From an uncultured Nocardioidaceae bacterium (GTDB taxonomy: Bacteria > Actinomycetota > Actinomycetes > Propionibacteriales > Nocardioidaceae), in NCBI GenBank assembly GCA_902805845.1, contig CADCUI010000001.1:140592-204591 (forward strand): a stretch of 64,000 nucleotides of DNA, in the 5' to 3' direction. Position 1 is the stretch's first letter, and every line of letters begins with the position of its first letter. Below the pieces are notes generated by a model. The model worked only from the letters and a program-made list of their open reading frames with translations. It was not told where the DNA came from and searched no databases. Position numbers and translations under genes: made by a program. Below, piece by piece: positions 35,953-44,015 of the stretch.

Positions 35953-36495
35953 ATGAGTGGACTGTCGATCGGCGGGTTGACCGCCGTACCGGTGTCGGAA
36001 CGACCCGACCTGGTGCCGGACGTGGTGCGCTCCGCGCTGGCGGCGTGGCCCGCGGGCGCCGACGTCGGCGTCGTCGAGATCGACCCGGACCTGGCCGACA
36101 CCGCGGCGCTCACCGATGCCTACGACCTGCCGCTCGCCGCCAGCGGCAACTGCGTCGTGGTCGGCGGTCGCCGTGAGGGCGTGGAACGGGTCGCGGCCTG
36201 CGTCGTCGGCGCCGACACCCGGGCCGACGTCAACAACGCGGTCAAGCGCCGGCTCGACGTCCGGAAGGCCTCGTTCCTCGCGATGGCGGAGGCCGTGGAC
36301 CGGACCGGCATGGAGTACGGCGGGATCACACCGATCGGGCTGCCGGTGCAGTGGCGGCTGTTCGTCGACGCGTCACTGACGGCCATGCCGGTCGTGGTGA
36401 TCGGGAGCGGCCTGCGGCGTTCGAAGCTGCTGCTGTCGGGAGAGGTGCTCGCGACGCTCGACCGCGCCGAGGTGGTGGCCGGCCTCGGGATCTGA
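35953..36495 (+). CDS. YbaK/EbsC-family aminoacyl-tRNA editing (deacylase) domain protein
   Basis: NCVVVGG...ADVNNAVKRRLDVRKASF...GMEYGGITPIGLP resembles the YbaK domain. A GGAGAAGG RBS lies before ATG 35953. Confidence 0.7.
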   Translation: MSGLSIGGLTAVPVSERPDLVPDVVRSALAAWPAGADVGVVEIDPDLADTAALTDAYDLPLAASGNCVVVGGRREGVERVAACVVGADTRADVNNAVKRRLDVRKASFLAMAEAVDRTGMEYGGITPIGLPVQWRLFVDASLTAMPVVVIGSGLRRSKLLLSGEVLATLDRAEVVAGLGI

Positions 36496-36501
36496 CCCGG
36501 G

Positions 36502-36876
36502 TCAGACCTTCTTCCTCTTCCTCTTCTGCTGACCGAGCGCGACCAGCCCCGCCACGACCGCGGACGCGGGCACGCCGGTGAGGACCGCTCCCAGGGCGGG
36601 CTTGACGGCGTGGGCGCGCAGCGCCAGTGCCCCCGCTCCGGCGTCGCCGGCGTCGACCAGCATCCCCAGCCTCACCAGCGCCGGCTTGTGCTCGGGCCTG
36701 GCCAGCAGCGTCGCCACCCCGAGGGCCAGGTCGCGGATGCCGAAGATCCGCATCAGGAAGGGGGCCTCGTGGTGCGTGTGGTCCAGCATCATCGCCTTCA
36801 GGCTCCGCTCCGGAACGGCGTACGCGGCGGCGCCGACGGCGATCCGGGCGAGCGAGAGGGAGGTGGCGTTGTCCAT
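36502..36876 (-). CDS. Small membrane protein with KRKRKK tail (hypothetical)
   Basis: 124-aa ORF with hydrophobic segments and a basic C-terminus. I recognise no family. Confidence 0.5.
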   Translation of the reverse strand: MDNATSLSLARIAVGAAAYAVPERSLKAMMLDHTHHEAPFLMRIFGIRDLALGVATLLARPEHKPALVRLGMLVDAGDAGAGALALRAHAVKPALGAVLTGVPASAVVAGLVALGQQKRKRKKV

Positions 36877-36895
36877 GGGCCGACCCTAGCCAGCC

Positions 36896-36981
36896 CGAGT
36901 CGGCGCTTGTGCACGCCGGAACCCCGTCGAGTCGGCGCTTGTGCACGCCGGAACCCCGTCGAGTCGGCGCTTGTGCACGCC
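36896..36981 (+). repeat. Family B repeat, 2.7 tandem units (32-nt period)
   Basis: cgagtcggcgcttgtgcacgccggaaccccgt occurs twice, then cgagtcggcgcttgtgcacgcc. It lies between the pirin stop and the start of the small membrane gene. Confidence 0.9.
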
Positions 36982-36994
36982 GACAGCGCCGAGG

Positions 36995-37750
36995 TCAGGT
37001 CGGATGCATCTCCCACACGAGCAGCTCGGCTTCCGTACCCGCCGCCACACCCCGACCACCGGAGGCGAACAGCTTCGCCGCGTCCCCCTCGCCGAGTCGG
37101 CGCGAAGGCACGCCCTCCACGTCGACGTCCCCCCGGGCCACGAAGAGGTGCATCAGTCCGGCGTCCGGCAGCGGCACCGAGTGGCCAGGGCCGAGGCGGA
37201 TGACGTGCAGCGCCGCCCGACTGTTGCCCAGGCGGACCGCCGTACGGTCGGCCTGGGAACGCAGGCCCGAGGCCAGCGTCAGCCACCGACCACCGTCGAG
37301 CTCGGCGTGGACGTCGGACTGGGCGTAGTCCGGCGACCGCCCCGGCTCGTCGGGCAGCACCCACATCTGCACGAAGTGCACCGGCTGGTCGCCCTCGGTG
37401 ACCTCGGTGTGGACGACGCCGCTGCCGGCACTCAGCCGCTGCACGACGCCGGGTACGACGGTGCCACCGCGGCCGGTCGAGTCCTCGTGCCGGAGGCACC
37501 CGCCCAGGACCCAGGTGACGATCTCGAGGTCGCGGTGCGGGTGCGGCGGGTAGCCGTGACCGGGCGCCACCCGGTCCTCGTTGTGGCAGACCAGGAAGCC
37601 CAGCGACACCTCGGCCGGGTCGTAGTGCCGGTCGAAGGAGAACAAGTGCCGCGTGGTGCGGCCCGGTACGTCGGTGGCGAACCGGTCGCTGCTCCGGCGC
37701 ACCTCGATCCGCGGCTGTCCCCCGCTCCGGCCTGACGCTTCGCCCCGCAT
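36995..37750 (-). CDS. Pirin family protein
   Basis: GYPPHPHRDLEIVTWVL and QRLSAGSGVVHTE are pirin cupin motifs. I chose ATG 37750. The 576-aa ORF (to 38725) is read-through antisense to the CDF gene. Confidence 0.85.
   Translation of the reverse strand: MRGEASGRSGGQPRIEVRRSSDRFATDVPGRTTRHLFSFDRHYDPAEVSLGFLVCHNEDRVAPGHGYPPHPHRDLEIVTWVLGGCLRHEDSTGRGGTVVPGVVQRLSAGSGVVHTEVTEGDQPVHFVQMWVLPDEPGRSPDYAQSDVHAELDGGRWLTLASGLRSQADRTAVRLGNSRAALHVIRLGPGHSVPLPDAGLMHLFVARGDVDVEGVPSRRLGEGDAAKLFASGGRGVAAGTEAELLVWEMHPT
37084..37114 (+). repeat. Single Family B unit embedded in the pirin CDS
   Basis: ccccctcgccgagtcggcgcgaaggcacgcc matches cccctgccgagtcggcgcgaatgcacgcc at 28828. It is translated on the minus strand as GVPSRRLGEG. 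Confidence 0.75.
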
Positions 37751-37780
37751 GCCTCTTTGGTAGCACCTACGCTGGCGGCC

Positions 37781-38704
37781 ATGGGGCACGGCCACGGGCA
37801 CGGGCACACGGCCGGGCGCGCCACGGACCGGTCGCGGCTGCGCGCAGTCCTGGCGATCACGGTCGTGGTGCTCGTCGCCGAGCTCGTGGGCGCGTGGTGG
37901 AGCGGCTCGCTGGCGCTGCTGGCCGACGCCGGTCACCTCGCGACGGACGCGGGAGCACTGACGCTCGCGCTCGCCGCGCTGCTCGTGGCCGGTCGACCCG
38001 CGTCGAACCGGCGTACGTTCGGCCTCCACCGAGCCGAGATCCTGGCTGCGCTCGCGAACGCCCTGGTGCTGCTCGTCGTCTGCGGCTACCTCGCGTTCGA
38101 GGGGGTACGGCGGCTCGCCGACCCGCCCTCCGTGCAGGGCCAGCCGATGCTGTGGTTCGGGGTGGTGGGTCTGGTCGCCAACCTGCTCGGGGTGGCGCTG
38201 CTGCACCGGAGGCGCGGCTCGTCGCTCAACATGCGCGGCGCCTACCTCGAGGTGGTCAGCGACCTGGCCGGCTCGGTGGCCGTCGTGGTCGCCGCGGTGC
38301 TGGTCCTCGGGCCCGGGTACCTCCGTGCGGACGCGATCGCCTCGCTGCTCATCGCCGCGGCGATCCTGCCCCGGGCGGTGGTGCTGGCGCGGGACGCCGT
38401 CGAGGTGCTCCTCGAGGCGACCCCTGCCCACATCGACCCCGACGACGTCCGCGACCACCTCCTGCAGGCGCCCGGGGTGCTCGACGTCCACGACCTGCAC
38501 GTGTGGACGATCACCAGCGGCATGCCGTCGTTGTCTGTCCACGTCACGGTCGACGACCGCACGCTCGAGCGGCTGGGGGTGGGTGCACTCCTGGACCGTT
38601 TCAGCGACTGCGTCGCCGACCACTTCGACGTCGACCACACCACCTTCCAGATCGAGCCGGGATCGCACCGGGACCACGAGCACCTGGGCGAGGTGCACCG
38701 CTGA
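37781..38704 (+). CDS. Cation diffusion facilitator family transporter (CzcD/ZitB-like) with His-rich N-terminus
   Basis: MGHGHGHGH, then SLALLADAGHLATD (the TM2 HxxxD site). The C-terminal domain is DVHDLHVWTITSG. Confidence 0.88.
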   Translation: MGHGHGHGHTAGRATDRSRLRAVLAITVVVLVAELVGAWWSGSLALLADAGHLATDAGALTLALAALLVAGRPASNRRTFGLHRAEILAALANALVLLVVCGYLAFEGVRRLADPPSVQGQPMLWFGVVGLVANLLGVALLHRRRGSSLNMRGAYLEVVSDLAGSVAVVVAAVLVLGPGYLRADAIASLLIAAAILPRAVVLARDAVEVLLEATPAHIDPDDVRDHLLQAPGVLDVHDLHVWTITSGMPSLSVHVTVDDRTLERLGVGALLDRFSDCVADHFDVDHTTFQIEPGSHRDHEHLGEVHR

Positions 38705-38780
38705 ACCGGGTGGTCCGGCACGCATGACCGGCGGCCGGTCATCACCCCCTCCTACGCCGTGGCGTCACTAGGCTGAGCGC

Positions 38781-39656
38781 ATGCGTCGCCGACCCCTCGC
38801 CCTGCTCGCCGTACCGCTCCTGATCGCCGCCGCTGCGTGCGCGCCGCAGGAGGAGAGCCCCCAGGCCGGCGGCGGCAGCGACAGCCCGTCCCCGAGCGGG
38901 GATGCGTGTGCGGTCGACCAGCTGCCCCTCGAGAAGCCGGGGACGCTCACCATCGGCACCGACACCCCTGCCTTCGAGCCGTGGTTCGTGGACAACGATC
39001 CGACCAACGGCAAGGGGTTCGAGTCCGCGGTGGCGTACGCCGTCGCCGAGCAGCTCGGCTTCGACGCGGGCCAGGTGGAGTGGGTGGACGTCCGTTTCAA
39101 CAACTCCTACAAGCCCGGGCCGAAGAGCTTCGACTTCGACATCAACCAGATCTCGATCACCCCGGAGCGCGAGAAGGTCGTGGACTTCTCCGAGGGCTAC
39201 TACTCCGCGGCGCAGGGCGTCATCGCCCTCGGCGACTCCCCGGTCGCCGACGCCACCTCGGTCGCGGACCTGGCCGAGTTCAAGCTCGGCGCCCAGACCG
39301 GCACCACGAGCCTCACCGCGATCCGCGACGTCATCCAGCCGGCCGAGGACCCGCTCGTGTTCACCGACACCAATGCAGCGAAGCAGGCCCTGCAGAACGG
39401 GCAGGTCGACGCGATCCTCGCCGACGTGCCGACCGCCTTCTACATCACCGCGGTCGAGATCCCGGGCTCGTCGATCGTCGGGCAGTTCCAGCCCGAGACC
39501 GGTCAGCAGGAGCAGTTCGGCATGTTGTTCGAGCAGGACAGCGGCTTGGTGCCGTGCGTCAACGAGGCGCTCGCCGCACTGACCGCCGACGGCACGCTGG
39601 AGTCGATCGAGAAGCGGTGGCTCTCCGACGTGGTGGACGTCCCGGTCCTCGACTGA
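38781..39656 (+). CDS. Polar amino acid ABC transporter substrate-binding lipoprotein
   Basis: Lipobox AAAC. FDFDINQISITPEREKVVDFS is typical of family 3 binding proteins. Confidence 0.85.
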   Translation: MRRRPLALLAVPLLIAAAACAPQEESPQAGGGSDSPSPSGDACAVDQLPLEKPGTLTIGTDTPAFEPWFVDNDPTNGKGFESAVAYAVAEQLGFDAGQVEWVDVRFNNSYKPGPKSFDFDINQISITPEREKVVDFSEGYYSAAQGVIALGDSPVADATSVADLAEFKLGAQTGTTSLTAIRDVIQPAEDPLVFTDTNAAKQALQNGQVDAILADVPTAFYITAVEIPGSSIVGQFQPETGQQEQFGMLFEQDSGLVPCVNEALAALTADGTLESIEKRWLSDVVDVPVLD

Positions 39657-39707
39657 CCCGTCGGGTCCTGGGCGGGGTGCTTGCGGTGAGCTGTCGGACG
39701 GAGATGC

Positions 39708-40556
39708 GTGGCTGACTGGCGGCCGAGCGAGGCGCAGCAGCAGCGCCTCGTGGTCGCACGACGGATGCACCGGCGTTCCTCGCTGCTGGCCTCGGCCTCG
39801 GCCGTGGTCTTCTTCGCCGTCGTCGCTTTGGCCCTCGTCTCGTCCCCGGGATGGCCGACGGTGCGGGCCACCTTCTTCGACTGGTCGCAGGCGGTCGAGG
39901 CCTGGCCCGACGTGGTGGAGGGCTTCTGGGTCAACGTCCGGCTGTTCCTCCTCGCGGAGCCGCTGATCCTCCTGCTCGGGCTGGCCGTGGCCGCGGTCCG
40001 GGTGAGCAGGTCCCCGGTGCTGGTGCCGTTGCGGATGATCGCGATCGGGTACACCGACCTGTTCCGAGGTCTTCCGACGATCCTCGTCGTCTTCCTGGTC
40101 TGCTTCGGCGTACCGGCGCTGCAGCTGCAGGGTGTGACCACCTCGCTGTTCTGGCTGGCGTTGGTGGCGCTGGTGCTCTCCTACGGGGCCTACGTCGCGG
40201 AGGTGTTCCGTGCCGGCATCGAGTCCGTGCACCCGTCACAGGTCGCCAGCGCCACGGCGCTCGGTCTGTCCAACGCGCAGACGCTCCGGCACGTGGTGGT
40301 GCCACAGGCGGTACGCCGCGTCCTCCCGCCGCTGCTGAACGACTTCATCTCGCTGCAGAAGGACACCGCGCTGGTGGCGACCGTGGGGCTGCTCGACGCC
40401 CTGGGCACCGCCTCGGACGCGGCGAACTACTCCTTCAACTTCACCCCCTACCTGGTGGCGGCGGCCCTCTTCGTGGCGCTGACCGTCCCGCTCGCCCGGC
40501 TCACCGACTGGTTGGGACGGCGCGCGATGCAGCGCGAGCGGGCAGGTGTCCCGTGA
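39708..40556 (+). CDS. Polar amino acid ABC transporter permease
   Basis: The EAA-like loop ATALGLSNAQTLRHVVVPQA and a multi-TM translation. Confidence 0.85.
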   Translation: MADWRPSEAQQQRLVVARRMHRRSSLLASASAVVFFAVVALALVSSPGWPTVRATFFDWSQAVEAWPDVVEGFWVNVRLFLLAEPLILLLGLAVAAVRVSRSPVLVPLRMIAIGYTDLFRGLPTILVVFLVCFGVPALQLQGVTTSLFWLALVALVLSYGAYVAEVFRAGIESVHPSQVASATALGLSNAQTLRHVVVPQAVRRVLPPLLNDFISLQKDTALVATVGLLDALGTASDAANYSFNFTPYLVAAALFVALTVPLARLTDWLGRRAMQRERAGVP

Positions 40557-41290
40557 GCAGCCCGCCGGTGCTCAGGATCGAACGGCTCCGCAAGACGTAC
40601 GGCGACCGCACGGTCCTCCGTGATCTCGACCTCACCGTCGAGGCGCACGACGTCGTCTGCCTGATCGGCGCCTCGGGCAGCGGCAAGTCCACGCTGCTCA
40701 GGTGCATCGACCTCCTCGAGCCGACCCAGGACGGCACGATCTGGTTCGAGGGCCAGGACGTGTCGGATCCGCGGGTCGATGCCCGTGCCGTCCGCAAGCG
40801 GATCGGCGTGGTCTTCCAGGCCTACAACCTCTTCCCGCACCTCACCGTGCTCGACAACGTGATGCTCGCGCCCCGCAAGGTGCACGGGCTGTCGGCTGAC
40901 CAGGCCAGGGCCAGGGCGACCGAGCTGCTGGAGCAGTTCGGCCTGGCCGACAAGGCCGACGCGCACCCCGACCGGTTGTCGGGCGGCCAGCAGCAGCGAG
41001 CCGCGGTGGTGCGTGCGTTGGCGACCAGTCCTTCCCTGCTGCTGCTGGACGAGGTGACCGCGGCGCTGGATCCGCTGCTCGTCGGCGAGGTGCTGGAGAT
41101 CCTCCGGCGGCTGGCCGAGCAGGGCACCACCATGGTGCTCGCCACCCACGAGATGGGCTTCGCCCGGGACGTCGCGACCAAGGTGTGCTTCCTCGACGAC
41201 GGCTGCGTCCTCGAGGAGGGCTCGCCGGCCGCCATGTTCTCGGCGCCGCGTGAGCAGCGCACCCGTCAGTTCCTCCGCCGCATCCTCTGA
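40553..41290 (+). CDS. Polar amino acid ABC transporter ATP-binding protein (GlnQ-like)
   Basis: GASGSGKSTLL, LSGGQQQRAAVVRAL and LLLDEVTAALD. GTGA overlap with the permease stop. Confidence 0.9.
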   Translation: MSSPPVLRIERLRKTYGDRTVLRDLDLTVEAHDVVCLIGASGSGKSTLLRCIDLLEPTQDGTIWFEGQDVSDPRVDARAVRKRIGVVFQAYNLFPHLTVLDNVMLAPRKVHGLSADQARARATELLEQFGLADKADAHPDRLSGGQQQRAAVVRALATSPSLLLLDEVTAALDPLLVGEVLEILRRLAEQGTTMVLATHEMGFARDVATKVCFLDDGCVLEEGSPAAMFSAPREQRTRQFLRRIL

Positions 41291-41299
41291 CCCCCCGTC

Positions 41300-41387
41300 G
41301 CCGACCCGCCCCTCATGTCTGGCCGACCCGCCCCTCATGTCTGGCCGACCCGCCCGTCATGTCCGGTCGACCCGCCTTTCGTGCAGA
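41300..41387 (+). repeat. Family A 22-nt repeat, 4 tandem units, forward
   Basis: gccgacccgcccctcatgtctg x2, then gccgacccgcccgtcatgtccg and gtcgacccgcctttcgtgcaga. The array ends 10 nt before the CoA-transferase ATG. Confidence 0.9.
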
Positions 41388-41397
41388 ATCCCCACGC

Positions 41398-42555
41398 ATG
41401 GCCTACGCGCTGGACCAGGGGACGGGACCACTCAGGGGCATCAGGGTCGTCGAGATCGCCGGCATCGGTCCTGGCCCACACGCGGCGACGATCCTGGCCG
41501 ACCTGGGGGCCGACGTCGTCCGGATCGAGAAGCCGGGGGGTGCGGCGAGTGCCGGCCCACGCAGGACCGACCTGCTCACCCGGGGCCGACCGAGCGTCGT
41601 CCTCGACCTCAAGCACCCGGCCGCCCTCGCGGCCGTGCTCGAACTGGTGGCCGAGGCGGACGTCCTCATCGAAGGCATGCGCCCCGGTGTCGCCGAGCGT
41701 CTCGGCTTCGGGCCCGAGGACTGCTTCGCGCGAAACGGCAGGCTGGTCTACGGCCGGATGACGGGGTGGGGCCAGGACGGCCCTCTCGCGCAGGCCGCCG
41801 GCCATGACCTGAACTACATCGCCGTCAACGGGTTGCTCCACGGGCTCGGTCAGGACCCCAGCCGCCCACACTTCCCGAGCAACCTCCTTGGCGACTTCGG
41901 AGGTGGTTCGACGTACCTCGTGATCGGCGTGCTCGCCGCCGTCCTCGAGGCGCGCACAAGCGGGACGGGGCAGGTGGTGGACGCCGCGATCGTCGACGGC
42001 ACTGCTCACCTGAACCTGATGTGGGCCTCCCTGCTCGCCGGTGGCCTCGGCCAGGAACGGCGGGCGTCCAACATGCTCGACGGAGGCATCCCGCACTACG
42101 ACCTCTACGAGACCGCCGACGGCGAGCACATGGCCGTCGGGGCGCTGGAGCCGCGCTTCTACGCCGACCTGCTGGCACGCCTCGGCATCGCAGGGGTGGC
42201 GCCCGACCGCCACGACGCCGACCGGCTGGGCGAGCTCCGCCAGCTCCTCACCGACACGTTCCTGACCAGGACGCAGGCGGAGTGGACTGCGATCTTCGCC
42301 GGCAGCGACGCCTGCTGCACCCCGGTCCTGCCGCTGACCGAGGCACGCGAGCATCCCCACCTCGAGGCGCGCGGGGTGTACGTCGACCGCGGTGGTGTCG
42401 TGCAGCCGGCCCCTGCTCCCCGGTTCTCCCGGACCGGGGCAACCCTGTCCACCGGGCCGTCCACGCCCGGGGCGGACACCCGCGCGGTGCTCGAGGCGTG
42501 GGGCGTCGCCGACGTCGACGTACTGCTCAACTCAGGTGCCGCCGTCCAAGCCTGA
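41398..42555 (+). CDS. CaiB/BaiF family III CoA-transferase (alpha-methylacyl-CoA racemase-like)
   Basis: GIRVVEIAGIGPGPHAATILADLGADVVRIE and GWGQDGP...AGHDLNY are typical of family III CoA-transferases and racemases. Confidence 0.88.
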   Translation: MAYALDQGTGPLRGIRVVEIAGIGPGPHAATILADLGADVVRIEKPGGAASAGPRRTDLLTRGRPSVVLDLKHPAALAAVLELVAEADVLIEGMRPGVAERLGFGPEDCFARNGRLVYGRMTGWGQDGPLAQAAGHDLNYIAVNGLLHGLGQDPSRPHFPSNLLGDFGGGSTYLVIGVLAAVLEARTSGTGQVVDAAIVDGTAHLNLMWASLLAGGLGQERRASNMLDGGIPHYDLYETADGEHMAVGALEPRFYADLLARLGIAGVAPDRHDADRLGELRQLLTDTFLTRTQAEWTAIFAGSDACCTPVLPLTEAREHPHLEARGVYVDRGGVVQPAPAPRFSRTGATLSTGPSTPGADTRAVLEAWGVADVDVLLNSGAAVQA

Positions 42556-42556
42556 C

Positions 42557-42643
42557 CAGCATCCCGGGCGGGTCGGGCAGACATGAGGGGCGGGTCGAGC
42601 AGACATGAGGGGCGGGTCGGGCAGACATGAAGGGCGGGTCGGC
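42557..42643 (-). repeat. Family A 22-nt repeat, 4 tandem units, reverse
   Basis: cagcatcccgggcgggtcggg, cagacatgaggggcgggtcgag, cagacatgaggggcgggtcggg and cagacatgaagggcgggtcggc. The array starts 2 nt after the CoA-transferase stop. Confidence 0.9.
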
Positions 42644-42767
42644 ACCGTGGCCAGAGGGGCTGAGGAGGGCCCGGCCATGGCCACCGTGACAGCCGCGGTG
42701 CCAGAGTTGGATACTCACCGGTAACCGCGCCTGTCGGGTCGCGGACGCCGCACCGAAAGTGGGGAGC

Positions 42768-43985
42768 ATGACTGACGCGCCGCAGGCGATCGTGTACGAC
42801 GCAATCCGAACCCCGCGGGGCAAGGGCAAGAAGGACGGGTCGCTCCACGAGGTGAAGCCGATCGACCTGGTCGTCACGCTCCTCGACGAGATCCGCAAGC
42901 GCAATGACGGCTTCGACCCCGCGCGGGTCGACGACGTGGTGCTCGGGATCGTCACCCCGATCGGGGACCAGGGTGGCGACCTCGCCAGGACCGCCGCCCT
43001 CGCGGCTGGCTATCCCGAGACCACCGCCGGCGTGCAGCTCAACCGGTTCTGCGCCTCCGGCCTCGAGGCGGTCAACCAGGCCGCGGCCCGGGTCCGCTCC
43101 GGATGGGAGGACCTCGTCCTCGCCGGCGGGGTCGAGTCGATGAGCCGGGTGCCGATGGGCTCCGACGGTGGCGCCTGGGCCTGCGACCCGGCGACGGCGT
43201 TCCAGACCGCCTTCGTGCCGCAGGGCATCGGTGCCGACCTCGTCGCCACCCTCGAGGGATTCAGCCGCAGGGACGTCGACGCCTACGCCGCCGAGTCACA
43301 GGCACGTGCGGCCAAGGCGCAGGCCAACGGGTACTTCGACGGTTCCGTCGTCCCGGTCCGAGACATGAACGGGCTCACGATCCTCGAGCGCGACGAGCTC
43401 ATCCGGCCCGGCACCACCGTCGAGACCCTCGCGGCCCTCAAGCCCAGCTTCGCCTTCCACGGCGACCTCGGGTTCGACGCCGTCGCGCTCGAGAAGTACC
43501 ACTGGGTCGAGCGCATCAACCACGTCCACCACGCCGGCAACTCCTCCGGCATCGTCGACGGCGCGGCGATCGTCGTCGTCGGCACCGAGCAGGTCGGTGA
43601 GGAGCTGGGGCTGCGCCCGCGTGCCCGCATCCTGTCGACAGCCGTCTCCGGCTCCGAGCCGACGATCATGCTCACCGGCCCCGCGCCGGCGGCTCGCAAG
43701 GCGCTCGCGAAGGCAGGTCTCACCATTGGTGACATCGACCTCTGGGAGATGAACGAGGCCTTCGCCGCCGTGGTCCTCCGCTTCATGCGCGACCTGGAGC
43801 TCGACTCCGAGGTCGTCAACGTCAACGGCGGTGCGATCGCCATGGGCCACCCGCTCGGCGCCACCGGCGCGATGCTCATCGGCACCCTGGTCGACGAGCT
43901 CGAGCGGCGCGACCTGCGCCGCGGGCTGGCCACTCTCTGCGTCGGTGGCGGGATGGGCATCGCCACCGTCGTCGAGCGCATCTGA
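42768..43985 (+). CDS. fadA: Acetyl-CoA C-acyltransferase (thiolase)
   Basis: [12 protein letters not shown] (active-site Cys), [17 protein letters not shown] and CVGGGMG. Confidence 0.9.
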   Translation: MTDAPQAIVYDAIRTPRGKGKKDGSLHEVKPIDLVVTLLDEIRKRNDGFDPARVDDVVLGIVTPIGDQGGDLARTAALAAGYPETTAGVQLNRFCASGLEAVNQAAARVRSGWEDLVLAGGVESMSRVPMGSDGGAWACDPATAFQTAFVPQGIGADLVATLEGFSRRDVDAYAAESQARAAKAQANGYFDGSVVPVRDMNGLTILERDELIRPGTTVETLAALKPSFAFHGDLGFDAVALEKYHWVERINHVHHAGNSSGIVDGAAIVVVGTEQVGEELGLRPRARILSTAVSGSEPTIMLTGPAPAARKALAKAGLTIGDIDLWEMNEAFAAVVLRFMRDLELDSEVVNVNGGAIAMGHPLGATGAMLIGTLVDELERRDLRRGLATLCVGGGMGIATVVERI

Positions 43986-44015
43986 CCGACCTCCTCCCAC
44001 CGAAGGATTCTTGTC

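Noticed and set aside
36995-38725. A 576-aa minus-strand ORF that appears to be one large protein.
   Set aside because: Only the C-terminal 251 aa (36995-37750) is pirin-like. The N-terminal portion is antisense to the well-supported CDF transporter gene (37781-38704) and has no motifs.
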